From NCBI GenBank assembly GCA_963676565.1, contig OY781089.1, positions 480,001-544,000 on the forward strand: a DNA stretch of 64,000 nucleotides, read 5' to 3'. This document shows, piece by piece, positions 36,942 through 48,964 of this stretch. The notes under the pieces were generated by a model that worked only from the letters and a program-made list of their open reading frames with translations, searched no databases and had not been told where the DNA came from. Position numbers and translations under genes: made by a program. Position 1 is the first letter of the stretch. Each line of letters opens with the position of its first letter. Origin of the DNA: Halarcobacter sp. GTDB taxonomy: Bacteria > Campylobacterota > Campylobacteria > Campylobacterales > Arcobacteraceae.

Positions 36942-38345
36942 ATGAAAATGACAAAAAGAATAGAACACGATTTAATTGGAGATAGAGAAATTCCATTTGA
37001 AATCTATTATGGTGTACAAACACTTAGAGCAAAAGAAAACTTTAATATAACAGGAATAACACTTTCAAATTTTCCTACATTTATTACTTCAATTGCAAAG
37101 GTTAAAAAATCTTGTGCTTTAGCAAACTATGAATTAGGAATGTTAGAAGAGTATAAAAAAAGTGCAATTTGCGAAGCTTGTGATGAACTTATTGCAGGTA
37201 AATATCATGAGCAATTTGTAGTTGATATGTTCCAAGGTGGAGCAGGAACTTCTGTAAATATGAATGCAAACGAAGTTATCGCAAATATTGCTTTAGAACT
37301 TTTAGGACATAACAAAGGTGAATACTCATTTTTACATCCAAATAATGATGTGAATAAATCACAATCAACAAATGATGCATACCCTACTGCATTTAGAATT
37401 GCTTTATATGAAAAAATTTATGAATTAGTTGATTCTATGACTATTCTAAGAAAAGCATTTAGTGATAAATCTAATGAGTTTAGTGAAATAATTAAAATGG
37501 GAAGAACACAATTACAAGATGCAGTTCCTATGACTTTAGGACAAGAGTTTCATTCATTTGCAACAATGATTGAAGAGGATATACAAAGATTACTTGAATC
37601 TCAACAATTAGTTAGAGAGATGAATTTAGGAGCAACAGCAATTGGTACAGGAATCAATTCACATCCTGAATATGCTCGTTTAGTAGAACAAAAACTTCAA
37701 GATGTAACAGGAAGACCATTTAAAACTGCAAAAGATTTAGTTGAAGCAACTCAAGATACAGGTGCTTATGTACAAATCTCTGGAGTTTTAAAAAGAATTG
37801 CTACAAAAATCTCAAAAATCTGTAATGACTTAAGACTTTTAAGTTCAGGACCAAGAGCTGGATTAAATGAGATAAATCTTCCAGCAATGCAACCAGGAAG
37901 TTCAATTATGCCAGGGAAAGTTAACCCTGTTATTCCTGAAGTTGTTAATCAAGTTGCTTTCCAAGTTATTGGTACAGATATGACTATTACAATGGCAAGT
38001 GAAGGTGGACAATTACAATTAAATGTTTTTGAGCCAGTTATAGCATACAACTTATTTAATAATATGAATATGATGAAAAATGCTTTTGAAACACTTGCAG
38101 ATAAATGTGTAAAAGGGATTACTGCGAACGAAGAGCATTGCAAAAATTTAGTTCTTAATTCAATTGGATTAGTAACTGCTTTAAACCCACATATTGGATA
38201 TGAAAACTCTACTTCAGTTGCGAAAGAAGCACTTGAAAGTGGGCAATCAGTTTATGACATTGTTTTAAAAAGAGGTCTTTTAACTAAAGAAGAACTTGAA
38301 GATATTATAAGACCAGAGAATATGATTAAACCTAGATTGGTTTAA
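36942..38345 (+). CDS. aspA: Aspartate ammonia-lyase
   Basis: YYGVQTLRA, QGGAGTSVNMN, QSTNDAYPT, GSSIMPGKVNPV. Confidence 0.95.
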   Translation: MKMTKRIEHDLIGDREIPFEIYYGVQTLRAKENFNITGITLSNFPTFITSIAKVKKSCALANYELGMLEEYKKSAICEACDELIAGKYHEQFVVDMFQGGAGTSVNMNANEVIANIALELLGHNKGEYSFLHPNNDVNKSQSTNDAYPTAFRIALYEKIYELVDSMTILRKAFSDKSNEFSEIIKMGRTQLQDAVPMTLGQEFHSFATMIEEDIQRLLESQQLVREMNLGATAIGTGINSHPEYARLVEQKLQDVTGRPFKTAKDLVEATQDTGAYVQISGVLKRIATKISKICNDLRLLSSGPRAGLNEINLPAMQPGSSIMPGKVNPVIPEVVNQVAFQVIGTDMTITMASEGGQLQLNVFEPVIAYNLFNNMNMMKNAFETLADKCVKGITANEEHCKNLVLNSIGLVTALNPHIGYENSTSVAKEALESGQSVYDIVLKRGLLTKEELEDIIRPENMIKPRLV

Positions 38346-38376
38346 TGGCTTAAGTAAACTTACAGAAGGAGAAAAA

Positions 38377-39678
38377 ATGTTAGGTTTAGAAATTATTGTT
38401 GTACTTGGTGCAATATTTTTAGGAGCCCGAATGGGCGGAATTGGTATTGGTTATGCAGGTGGACTTGGTGTTCTTATTTTATGTTTATTCTTTGGTTTAA
38501 AACCAGGGAGTATCCCTATTGATGTAATTTTAATTATTATGTCTGTTATTGCAGCAATTGCTGCAATGCAAGTTGCTGGTGGACTAGACTATATGGTTAA
38601 AGTTGCTGAAAATATTTTAAGAAAAAACCCTAAGCATATTACATATTTAGCTCCTACTGTTACATATTTCATGACAATTTTAGCTGGAACTGGACATACA
38701 GCTTATTCAACACTTCCAGTTATTGCGGAAGTTGCAAAAGAGCAAGGTATTAGACCGTCACGTCCATTAGGTATTGCAGTTGTTGCTTCTCAAATAGCAA
38801 TTACAGCTTCTCCAATTTCTGCTGCAGTTGTATTTTTAAGTGGTATCTTAGAACCTCTTGGTGTTGGATATATTCAATTATTAGCTGTTTGTATACCTAC
38901 TACATTTGCAGCTTGTATGATTACAGCTTTTGTTAGTAACTTTTTAGGAAAAGACTTAAAAGATGATTCTGTTTATAAAGATAGATTAGAAAAAGGTCTA
39001 GTAAAACTTAGAGGTGAAAGCAATATTGAAATTAAAAAAGGTGCAAAACTTTCAGTTGGAATTTTTATTCTTACTATCCTTTCAGTAGTTACTTATGCAA
39101 CATTAATTAGTAAAAAAGTTGGGATTATTGTAGATCCAAGTTTACCTAGAAATGCTGCAATTATGGTATTCATGTTAGCTTGTGCAACAATTATTACCTT
39201 AGCTTGTAAAGTTGATACAGGAAAAATCATCAGTGCTTCAACATTTAAATCTGGTATGAGTGCTTGTATTTGTGTTCTTGGTGTTGCATGGTTAGGAACA
39301 ACTTTTGTTGGTGCACACTTAGGAGAGATTAAAGAGTTCGCAAGTACTTTATTAAACCAATATCCATGGATGTTAGCTGTTGCCTTATTCTTTGCAAGTA
39401 TGCTTTTATATTCTCAAGGTGCAACTACAAAAGCTTTAATGCCTGCTGCTCTTGCATTAGGTGTTGACCCAGTTACTGCTGTTGCATCATTTGCTGCTGT
39501 TAGTGCATTATTTGTTTTACCAACTTATCCAACACTTTTAGCTGCAGTTGAAATGGATGATACAGGAAGTACAAGAATCGGTAATTTAGTATTCAACCAC
39601 CCATTTATGATTCCAGGTGTAATTGCTATTTCACTAAGTGTAGTGTTTGGATTTATACTAGGTGGAATTATTTTATAA
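38377..39678 (+). CDS. dcuA: Anaerobic C4-dicarboxylate/aspartate transporter
   Basis: GARMGGIGIG, ASQIAITASPISAA, LPTYPT, DDTGSTRIG, NHPF; follows aspA. Confidence 0.92.
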   Translation: MLGLEIIVVLGAIFLGARMGGIGIGYAGGLGVLILCLFFGLKPGSIPIDVILIIMSVIAAIAAMQVAGGLDYMVKVAENILRKNPKHITYLAPTVTYFMTILAGTGHTAYSTLPVIAEVAKEQGIRPSRPLGIAVVASQIAITASPISAAVVFLSGILEPLGVGYIQLLAVCIPTTFAACMITAFVSNFLGKDLKDDSVYKDRLEKGLVKLRGESNIEIKKGAKLSVGIFILTILSVVTYATLISKKVGIIVDPSLPRNAAIMVFMLACATIITLACKVDTGKIISASTFKSGMSACICVLGVAWLGTTFVGAHLGEIKEFASTLLNQYPWMLAVALFFASMLLYSQGATTKALMPAALALGVDPVTAVASFAAVSALFVLPTYPTLLAAVEMDDTGSTRIGNLVFNHPFMIPGVIAISLSVVFGFILGGIIL

Positions 39679-40750
<1,072 letters not shown>

Positions 40751-40752
<2 letters not shown>

Positions 40753-40787
40753 TAAAAAGAAGAGAATTTAATTCTCTCCTTTTTATT
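40751..40787 (+). terminator. Intrinsic terminator after ansB
   Basis: aataaaaagaagagaat-tta-attctctcctttttatt. Confidence 0.65.
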
Positions 40788-40823
40788 TCTTAGATAAAAT
40801 ATCTAAAATATAAAGGATATCTA

Positions 40824-43034
40824 ATGAGAATAAAAACTCTTCTACTACTTATAATACTAATAAATATATCCTTATTTGCACAATCAAATAAAAACGTACT
40901 TGTAATTAATTCTTACCATAGAGGGTTTGAATGGAGTGATAAAGTAATCAATGGAATAGAAAAAACTTTATACAATACAAAAACAAATGTAAATGTTTTA
41001 TATATGGATTCAAAAAGAATCGCATCAGAAAAATATTTCAACAAAATGAAAGAACTTTATAAATTACAATTGGGAAAAAGTAAATATAATTTAATTGTTG
41101 CTGTTGATACTTTTGCCTATGAATTTATGCTAAAAAACTACAATGAACTCTTTAAAGATGAACCCTTATACTTTGTAGGGATTGAACAATATTCCCAAAA
41201 AGATGTTGACTTCTATAACTTGACAGATAAAGTATCTGGAGTATTAGAGAAAAGAGCAATTGACGAGACTATTCAAATTATAAATAAATCAATTCCAAAA
41301 TTAAATAAACTATATATTATAAATGACAAAAGTAAAAATGGAGACCATACGGACCCATATATACGAAATGCTATAAATAATCTAAATAAAAATATTAAAA
41401 TAGAATATATTAGAAGTTCAAACCTAGATAAATTAAAGAAAAAATTCTCAAAGTATAAAAAAGATGAAGCAATATTTTTTATACGTTTTTACAATAATGA
41501 AGATGGTTCTTTAAATAAAAACAGTGAAATTGCTTCAATGATAGATTCTTGTAAAATTCCTGTTTTCTCAACTGATACATTGTTTATTGGAAAAGGTTCA
41601 GTTGGAGGGAAACTTGTAGATATTGAAAAACTAGGAGAAAATGCAGGTGTTGATATTTTAAGAATTTTGAATAATCAATTAAAACTTTCATTTATAAAAA
41701 CTAATACCTCATATGAATATATTTTTGATTACAAAAAAATTAAAGAATTTAATATAAACCTTGAAAGATTAAACTTAAAATATACACTAATAAATACCCC
41801 AATAACTTTTTTTGATAAATATAGAGAGTTTATCGATATTGTTTTTATAATCAGCCCATTTTTAGTTCTTTTAATCCTTGGATTAATTCATAACTTAAGA
41901 TTAAGAATTCAAAAATCAAAGATATCTCAACAAAGAATAGAATTAGATAAGATTTTATTAAATGCTATAGATAATCCAATCGTTTGGCAAGACAAAGATG
42001 GGAAAATTGTTGAATATAATACTAAATTTGAAGAATTTATGAAATATAAAACACCTGATAATAAAGATTTGACTTTTTGTGATTTTATGAAAAACTATAA
42101 AAACAGACCCATAATTGATTGTTTAAAAAAATTTATAAATAAATCAGAAACTGAAAATCTATTAACAATAAAAACTAATACCCAAGAGAAATTTTACATA
42201 ATAAATCAAACAAACTATACTGAAAATATTTATAATACTAGTGGTACAGTAACTGTTTTAACAGATATAACAAAAGAAAAAGAAGCTATAAAAGAGAAAT
42301 CAAAACACCAAGAGTTTATTATCCAACAAAGTAAACTTGCTGAAATAGGTGAAGTTTTTTCATCAATAGCACATCAATGGAAAGCTCCTTTAGTAGAGAT
42401 TGCAACCATTGCACAAGAGCAAGCCTATAATGAAGATAGTAATTTTGATGGAAAAAATAATATATATGTTAACGATATTATGGTGCAAGTTAAATATATG
42501 ACTGATACAATAAATGACTTCCAAAAATTTATTATGCCATCTACTAAAAAAATAGCTTTTGATGTTCATGAATCAATAAGTGAAATGTTAGAGATTATAA
42601 ATCACAATTTAAAATATAACTATATTAATGTAGATATAAATGTTCCTGAAGGAACCCATCTAACAGTATTAGGTTATAAAAATGAGTTTATGCAAACCCT
42701 TCTTAATATTGTAAATAATTCAAAAGATGCCATTATAAAACAAAAAAAGATTGGCAATATAAAAAAAGGAAAAATTACAATAAATCTAATCAATATTGAA
42801 AAATATCTACAACTTGAAATTATTGATAATGGAGGTGGTATCCCTGAAACATTTATTGAAAATATATTCAAACCATATTTCACAACAAAAGAGAAAGGGC
42901 ATGGAATTGGTTTATATATGGCAAAACTAATTATAGAAGATAAAATTGGTGGAAAAATAGAAGCACAAAATTTAAAAGATGGCGCAAAATTTACAATTAG
43001 ACTGGAGACTTACGATGAAGATATTAGTTCTTGA
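40824..43034 (+). CDS. Sensor histidine kinase with fused ABC-substrate-binding-like periplasmic domain
   Basis: INSYHRGFEWSD N-terminus, TM, PAS-like, IAHQWKAPL, DNGGG, GHGIGLY. Confidence 0.9.
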   Translation: MRIKTLLLLIILINISLFAQSNKNVLVINSYHRGFEWSDKVINGIEKTLYNTKTNVNVLYMDSKRIASEKYFNKMKELYKLQLGKSKYNLIVAVDTFAYEFMLKNYNELFKDEPLYFVGIEQYSQKDVDFYNLTDKVSGVLEKRAIDETIQIINKSIPKLNKLYIINDKSKNGDHTDPYIRNAINNLNKNIKIEYIRSSNLDKLKKKFSKYKKDEAIFFIRFYNNEDGSLNKNSEIASMIDSCKIPVFSTDTLFIGKGSVGGKLVDIEKLGENAGVDILRILNNQLKLSFIKTNTSYEYIFDYKKIKEFNINLERLNLKYTLINTPITFFDKYREFIDIVFIISPFLVLLILGLIHNLRLRIQKSKISQQRIELDKILLNAIDNPIVWQDKDGKIVEYNTKFEEFMKYKTPDNKDLTFCDFMKNYKNRPIIDCLKKFINKSETENLLTIKTNTQEKFYIINQTNYTENIYNTSGTVTVLTDITKEKEAIKEKSKHQEFIIQQSKLAEIGEVFSSIAHQWKAPLVEIATIAQEQAYNEDSNFDGKNNIYVNDIMVQVKYMTDTINDFQKFIMPSTKKIAFDVHESISEMLEIINHNLKYNYINVDINVPEGTHLTVLGYKNEFMQTLLNIVNNSKDAIIKQKKIGNIKKGKITINLINIEKYLQLEIIDNGGGIPETFIENIFKPYFTTKEKGHGIGLYMAKLIIEDKIGGKIEAQNLKDGAKFTIRLETYDEDISS

Positions 43035-43671
43035 AGATAATGAAAGATTATCAAAATTAATAAAAAATGCCCTAAACAAACATGGTTATATTGTGGATTT
43101 AGTAAGTGATGGAGAAGAAGCCTTAGACAAAATTTTAGATGGATATTCTTGTTTTGTTTTAGATATAAATGTACCATCTTTAGATGGAATTTCAGTTTTA
43201 GAATCTATTAAAATGTATCACAAAAATGTGCCTACAATTATAATTAGTTCAAACCATGACTTAGAAAAAATTCAAAAATCATATGAAACGGGATGTGATG
43301 ATTATATAAAAAAACCATTTTTTATGTATGAACTAATCCATAAAATCCAAAAATTATGTTTTAAAGAGGTTTCAAAAATAAGCCTTGGTGAAAAATTCAT
43401 ATATGATATTCCAAAAAGACTTTTAACACATGATGATAATAAAATTGAACTAGCAAGAAAAGAGATACTTCTATTGGAACTTCTAACAAAAGATATAAAT
43501 AGAGTTTTTAGTTTTGATGAGATTGAGGAATATGTTTGGGAAGGGGAGCCTTCTACAATCATGAATATTAGAGCTTTGGTTAAAAGAATAAGAAAAAAAA
43601 TACCCGAAAAAGCTATAAAGATTGTAAAAGGGATTGGATATAGCGTAAATGCAACAAAAATAGACGAATAA
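43015..43671 (+). CDS. OmpR-family response regulator
   Basis: MKILVLED, LDINVP, DDYIKKP, GIGY; start ATG 43015 behind GGAG. Confidence 0.93.
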   Translation: MKILVLEDNERLSKLIKNALNKHGYIVDLVSDGEEALDKILDGYSCFVLDINVPSLDGISVLESIKMYHKNVPTIIISSNHDLEKIQKSYETGCDDYIKKPFFMYELIHKIQKLCFKEVSKISLGEKFIYDIPKRLLTHDDNKIELARKEILLLELLTKDINRVFSFDEIEEYVWEGEPSTIMNIRALVKRIRKKIPEKAIKIVKGIGYSVNATKIDE

Positions 43672-43729
43672 AAACCACTTTTTATACTCCATAGTTTAAT
43701 ATCATTTAGAAAAATTCTAAGGTGTGTTT

Positions 43730-44647
43730 ATGGATTATCAAAAAATACTTGAAGAGATACAAGAAGAGATTCAACCTTTTATAAAAGAAGGGAAAGTTGC
43801 CGATTATATTCCTGCACTTGCAAATTCAAATATTAATGATTTTGCAATGAGTATAATTGAACTTGATGGGAAAGAATATAATGTTGGATGTACCCAAAAA
43901 CTATTTTCTATCCAAAGTATTTCTAAGGTTTTTACCTTCACTATAGCACTTAAAATTTATTGTAAAAATTTATATAAAAGAGTTGGATATGAGCCATCAG
44001 GAAACCCTTTTAATTCCTTAGTACAACTTGAATATGAAAAAGGAATCCCAAGAAACCCATTTATAAATGCAGGAGCAATAGTAACTACTGATGCCTTATA
44101 CTCAAAACATAAAAGCAATACCTTTTATACAATTCTAAATTTTATAAAAAAGCAATGTGGCTATGCCGGAGTCCAAGCAAACAATGAAATATTTGAATCA
44201 GAATTAGCCCATGGTTTTAGAAATCTATCCTTAATAAACCTAATGAAAAGTTTTGGCAATATTGAAAATAATATAGATAATGTAATTTCCACTTATTTTA
44301 GACAATGTTCAATCATGATGAACACACAACAATTAGCTAAGTCAATGCTTTTTTTAGCAAATCATGGTATTAACCCTCTAACAAAAGAGCTAGTTGTAAG
44401 TGCAGCACAAGCAAAAAGAATAAATGCCCTTATGCTTACTTGTGGACACTATGATGCCTCTGGTGATTTTGCATTTCATGTGGGACTTCCTGGGAAAAGT
44501 GGTGTTGGAGGTGGCATAGTTGCAATAGTGCCACAAAAAATGGCAATATGTGTTTACTCACCAGGTTTAAACAAAGTGGGTAATTCTTTAGTTGGAACAA
44601 AAGCTTTAGAACTTTTTACAACAAAAACAAAGTTATCTATCTTCTAA
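43730..44647 (+). CDS. glsA: Glutaminase
   Basis: GKVADYIPALA, FSIQSISK, EPSGNPFN, NPFINAGA, PGKSGVGGG. Confidence 0.96.
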   Translation: MDYQKILEEIQEEIQPFIKEGKVADYIPALANSNINDFAMSIIELDGKEYNVGCTQKLFSIQSISKVFTFTIALKIYCKNLYKRVGYEPSGNPFNSLVQLEYEKGIPRNPFINAGAIVTTDALYSKHKSNTFYTILNFIKKQCGYAGVQANNEIFESELAHGFRNLSLINLMKSFGNIENNIDNVISTYFRQCSIMMNTQQLAKSMLFLANHGINPLTKELVVSAAQAKRINALMLTCGHYDASGDFAFHVGLPGKSGVGGGIVAIVPQKMAICVYSPGLNKVGNSLVGTKALELFTTKTKLSIF

Positions 44648-44648
44648 A

Positions 44649-44691
44649 GGAATATGAATAAAATTTCATATTCCATTCATAAAGGTGTCAT
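44649..44691 (+). promoter_or_regulatory. glsA 3' hairpin overlapping three TCAT repeats at 11-bp spacing (OmpR/PhoB-type site) upstream of the ABC operon
   Basis: ggaatatgaa/ttcatattcc IR (44649-44674); TCAT at 44666, 44677, 44688. Confidence 0.5.
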
Positions 44692-44732
44692 AAATAAAAA
44701 ATAAAATTCCTTAAAATACAAAAGGAATTTTC

Positions 44733-45815
44733 TTGATAGCTATTGCTTTAAAAGCGTTAAATGCAAATAGATTAAAAACATCACTTATCTATCTTAGTAT
44801 CATTTTTTCAATTACATCAATTTTTTTAATAAGTTCTATATCTAATGGAATTATTGCTATGTACTCGAATATGCTTAAAACTGATGGGGATATCATAGTA
44901 ACCCAAGCAAAGATCTCTGATACTTTTTTCTCAAATGTTGATATTAACTTACTTGAAAAAATAAAAAAAATTGAAGGGGTGAAAGAATCATCGGCAATTA
45001 TAGTTGGTGCTTCACCCGTTGAAGATTTACCCATAGTGGCGATATACGGTGTTACAAAAAATAGATTTAAAAACTATAAACTTATTTTAAACAACTATCC
45101 AAAAGAAAATGAAGTCTTAGTAGGTAAAAGTATTTATGAACAATTAACAAATAAAAAACAAATAGAAATAGCCGATAAAACTTTTAAAATTGCAGGAGTT
45201 TTCAAAAGTGATATAGGCTTTGAAAATGGTGGTGTGGTTTTAAATATTGAAGATGCTGGAGAGATTTTCAATAAAAGTGCCTCTATTCTTATGGTAAATG
45301 CAAATATTCAATCAGATATCAACTCCATAAAATCTAAAATAAAAAAGCTAAGTTCAAAAATAGATGTAAAAACAACTGCTAATTTTGTGGACAACTATAA
45401 TCAGTTTAAAATAATTCAAACCTCATCAAATACTATTTCATTAATCGCTTTTTGTATGGGTTTACTATCAATTGTAAGTATCATGAGTATAACTGTAAAT
45501 CAAAGAAAAGATGAGTTTGGTATCAAAAGAGCCTTGGGAATACCAATAAAAAAGATTATTTTGCAAATTATGAGTGAGAGCTTTATTCTAGGTTTTTTTA
45601 GTTTCATTAGTTCGTTTTTTCTTTCTCATATCATTTTATACTTTATAAAAAATATTCAATTTTTACATGGTTATGTAAATGGTGAGATTTCATTGAACTT
45701 GGCATTTTTTATTTTTGTAACTTCTCTTTCTATGTCTATTTTAGGTTCTATTCTGCCTGCACTAAATGCAGCTAAAACAGACCCACTTATGCTAATTCAA
45801 GGAACTAGAATATGA
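44733..45815 (+). CDS. ABC transporter permease, MacB/FtsX type
   Basis: N-terminal TM, large periplasmic domain, QRKDEFGIKRALG, three C-terminal TM, PALNAAKTDP. Confidence 0.9.
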   Translation: MIAIALKALNANRLKTSLIYLSIIFSITSIFLISSISNGIIAMYSNMLKTDGDIIVTQAKISDTFFSNVDINLLEKIKKIEGVKESSAIIVGASPVEDLPIVAIYGVTKNRFKNYKLILNNYPKENEVLVGKSIYEQLTNKKQIEIADKTFKIAGVFKSDIGFENGGVVLNIEDAGEIFNKSASILMVNANIQSDINSIKSKIKKLSSKIDVKTTANFVDNYNQFKIIQTSSNTISLIAFCMGLLSIVSIMSITVNQRKDEFGIKRALGIPIKKIILQIMSESFILGFFSFISSFFLSHIILYFIKNIQFLHGYVNGEISLNLAFFIFVTSLSMSILGSILPALNAAKTDPLMLIQGTRI

Positions 45816-46435
45816 TAAAAGTAATAGATATATTTCATAAATATGAAAAAGAATTAGCACTGAAAAATATAAACTTTGAAGCAAAAAAAGGTGAGTTTGT
45901 ATCAATTGTAGGGGAAAGTGGTAGTGGTAAATCAACTCTTCTTTCAATCCTTTCAACTCTACTTACTCCAACATCAGGAGAACTATTTTTTGAAGATATA
46001 AACTATAAACAAATAAAAGATATAGACCTATTTAGACAAAAGAATATAGGTTTTATTTTTCAGTTTCATTATCTAATAAACTATTTAACAGTTAAAGAGA
46101 ATATTCAAATAGCAAATGAAAATGTAAAAGATCAAAAAATCATAGAACTATTAGACTCTTTAGATATAGCAAATTTAAAAGATAAATACCCAAATGAGAT
46201 TTCAGGTGGACAAAGGCAAAGAGCAGCTATTGCTAGAGCATTAATAAATAAACCAAAAATCATTTTTGCAGATGAACCAACAGGAAACCTTGATTCTAAA
46301 AATGCAAAAAAAGTATTTGAACTTTTTAAAAGCTTATCAAATAAAGGGACAACAATAGTTATAGCAACACACAATAAAGATCTAGCACAAATGGCAGATA
46401 AAATATATGAGGTAAAAGATGGACAAATCAAATAA
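45812..46435 (+). CDS. ABC transporter ATP-binding protein, LolD/MacB type
   Basis: GESGSGKST, GFIFQ, ISGGQRQR, ADEPTGNLD, ATHN. Confidence 0.95.
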   Translation: MIKVIDIFHKYEKELALKNINFEAKKGEFVSIVGESGSGKSTLLSILSTLLTPTSGELFFEDINYKQIKDIDLFRQKNIGFIFQFHYLINYLTVKENIQIANENVKDQKIIELLDSLDIANLKDKYPNEISGGQRQRAAIARALINKPKIIFADEPTGNLDSKNAKKVFELFKSLSNKGTTIVIATHNKDLAQMADKIYEVKDGQIK

Positions 46436-48002
46436 TTTTAGTAATTTAATTAATAGACACTTTAAAATATCCCTAGTTTTTTTGTTTTTAGGTTTAACAT
46501 TTGGAATTATATATTCAGGGAATTTATTAGGTTTTTATATTGATTCTCAAACTTTAGATCCTGCTAATATGCGCTCATTGCATATTAGTTTGATGCTTTA
46601 TGGTTTTATTCCTTTAATGTTATCTTATCTTCCTTTTTTATTGATTGATAAAGATAGAGTTAAAAGTGATGAAGGATTATTCTATCTTAATTTATATACT
46701 CTATTTTGGTATATATTTTTAATTTTTATGATTAGTTCTTTATTATTTGGTAATCTTCGAGGTTTGGCATTTTATGATTTTCCATATGAATTAAATTTTA
46801 TTTTAGCCCTTGCTGGAATATTTTACATACTCTCTTTATATAAATATATAAAAGCATATGAAGTGATTCCTTTATGGATAAAAGTTTGTTTATGGATTAC
46901 AATTATTGCACCCGTAGCTCTTTTAATTCTAATGAATCCAATTATTGGTCAAGTTGAAAGTACAATTTCTGGACCCCATGGAGATAATACTTTGGGAATG
47001 AGTTTATCCTTAATACCTATTTACTATTTGATTTTTAAACTTTTAAACGAAACAGATTTTACAGCAAAATGGAATATCTTTTGGATAATACCAACAATTT
47101 TTTATTTTGCTTCAGTTTTATATAGAAGTTTTATTGGTCACTTAACATATGAACAAGAGTGGTTTTTACAATGGCTAACTTTAATGTATATCCCCCTTCT
47201 TTACAGATGGTATAAAGATTCAAAAATTGAACTTTTTGCAAAAAAAGCATTGCTTATTTCTATATTAGCTTTTCTTTTTGTTGATATTGAAGGAAACATT
47301 TTATTTATCCCTGAACTTAGATGGATATTTCATAGAAATGATTTAATAGTTGCCCATGCCCATGTTGCAATGGGTATTGGTGTATTTTTTATGGTTATAT
47401 CAATGTTTGTTTCACAAATAAAAGAGTTAAAGAAAGCAAGCTTTTATACTATGTATTTAGTTGGATTATTAGGAATCTTTACAGTTTTAAGTATCTCAGG
47501 ATTTATTCAAGCGGGAGTTTTTAACTCTATTTTAAATGTGGATATCCAAAAACTATGGGCATTTAGAACACTATTTGGAATAATAACTTTTTTATCTGTT
47601 TTAACTTTTATAAATATTAATTTGAAAATTACAAATATTGAAAAATACAATTTAATAGGAATCTTAGCTGATGGTTTTGGAGGAATCTTTCTAATTTTAT
47701 TTGCAAGTTTTGCCTATCCCCTATTAGGTTTTAAATTTACAGGAGATTATGAATATATTGTTTTTGCCTTTGTAAGTATAACAGGAGTTATTCACTTTAT
47801 GGCTATAAAATTTAAAGAGTATGAGATGATATTAACAAAACTAACCGTTTTGATTAGAGTATTTCTAAGCTCAATATTTTTTGCACTCTTTTACAAACAT
47901 TTATTAGGTTTTGAGGCACTTATGATTTCACTATTTGATATTTCATTTGCTTCATTTTATCTTCTATTCTTCTATAAAAAGGATTTTTTATGTCAAAAAT
48001 AG
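46419..48002 (+). CDS. Divergent haem-copper oxidase subunit I-like (CcoN/NorB-like) membrane protein
   Basis: RSLH (helix II), GLAFYDFP loop, HGDNTLG (cf. CcoN YGHNAVG), FHRNDLIVAHAH (cf. SHYTDWTIGHVH); extra C-terminal TM helices. Confidence 0.7.
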   Translation: MDKSNNFSNLINRHFKISLVFLFLGLTFGIIYSGNLLGFYIDSQTLDPANMRSLHISLMLYGFIPLMLSYLPFLLIDKDRVKSDEGLFYLNLYTLFWYIFLIFMISSLLFGNLRGLAFYDFPYELNFILALAGIFYILSLYKYIKAYEVIPLWIKVCLWITIIAPVALLILMNPIIGQVESTISGPHGDNTLGMSLSLIPIYYLIFKLLNETDFTAKWNIFWIIPTIFYFASVLYRSFIGHLTYEQEWFLQWLTLMYIPLLYRWYKDSKIELFAKKALLISILAFLFVDIEGNILFIPELRWIFHRNDLIVAHAHVAMGIGVFFMVISMFVSQIKELKKASFYTMYLVGLLGIFTVLSISGFIQAGVFNSILNVDIQKLWAFRTLFGIITFLSVLTFININLKITNIEKYNLIGILADGFGGIFLILFASFAYPLLGFKFTGDYEYIVFAFVSITGVIHFMAIKFKEYEMILTKLTVLIRVFLSSIFFALFYKHLLGFEALMISLFDISFASFYLLFFYKKDFLCQK

Positions 48003-48964
48003 CACTTGTATTTTTTATAGGTTTTGAACTATGTTATTATCTACTTATTGCTCAAACAGGTATTATTGAATACTTTAATTCAAATATCTTCTTAATTGCT
48101 CCACTTCCAGTAGGAGGAGTTATTGGCTCTTATTTAAGTTATAAAATCTCTGCCAAAAGTGAAACAAAAATAAAAGTATTTTTATTTATTCAGCTATTAT
48201 TGACATTTTTTTATCCAAACTTTAATTTAATAGAACTATTTATATTAGGTATTAGTGTTGGAGCATTAGCACCACTTGTAATAAATGAATTAAAAAAAGC
48301 CTCATATTTAGAAATAGGTTTAGCCCTTGCAATCTCTTATTCAGTTGGTACTTTATTGTTTAATTATGACCCAGCAAAAAGAGAATTTATTGCAATTTTA
48401 TTTACCCTTATTGTTTTTATATCATCATTTTTCCTTCCCCAAGAAAAAGAAAAAATAAATAATAGTGTAGTTTCATCATCTTTACTAATCATGATTCTGT
48501 GGATTTTTTTAGATTCTGCACTTTTTGAAACTCTTTCAAGAAATAGTGATATTTCAATTTGGAGAAATGGCTATACTTTTGAAATTGTTCTATTTCATAT
48601 CTTAGGGCTTATTAGTGCCTTTAAAATAAATCTACAAAAGTTCGAAAATGAGCTTTTTATAATTATACTATTTGCATTAAGTTACCTATTTTATTTTCTT
48701 GAAGAGAGTCTTTTATTATCAATTATTTATCCATTTGTAATCTCATATTACAATGTAACTATTTTAAAAGCTTTAAGAGAGGTTGAACTCAAAAAACTTT
48801 CTATATATATGATTTTTATTGGTTGGATAGCTTCGGGAGCGGGATTATTTACAGCTTTAGAAAATTTAACTTTATTTGTACCAACAATATTTTTAGTAGT
48901 TTTTATTCAATTCTTATACACGCAAAAAAATATTCAAACAAAGGAGAAAGAATGTATAAATTAG
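47990..48964 (+). CDS. Polytopic membrane protein (possibly MFS-like)
   Basis: About 10-12 short hydrophobic segments; FLDSALFETLSR, ISYYNV; overlaps both neighbours. Confidence 0.7.
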   Translation: MSKIALVFFIGFELCYYLLIAQTGIIEYFNSNIFLIAPLPVGGVIGSYLSYKISAKSETKIKVFLFIQLLLTFFYPNFNLIELFILGISVGALAPLVINELKKASYLEIGLALAISYSVGTLLFNYDPAKREFIAILFTLIVFISSFFLPQEKEKINNSVVSSSLLIMILWIFLDSALFETLSRNSDISIWRNGYTFEIVLFHILGLISAFKINLQKFENELFIIILFALSYLFYFLEESLLLSIIYPFVISYYNVTILKALREVELKKLSIYMIFIGWIASGAGLFTALENLTLFVPTIFLVVFIQFLYTQKNIQTKEKECIN

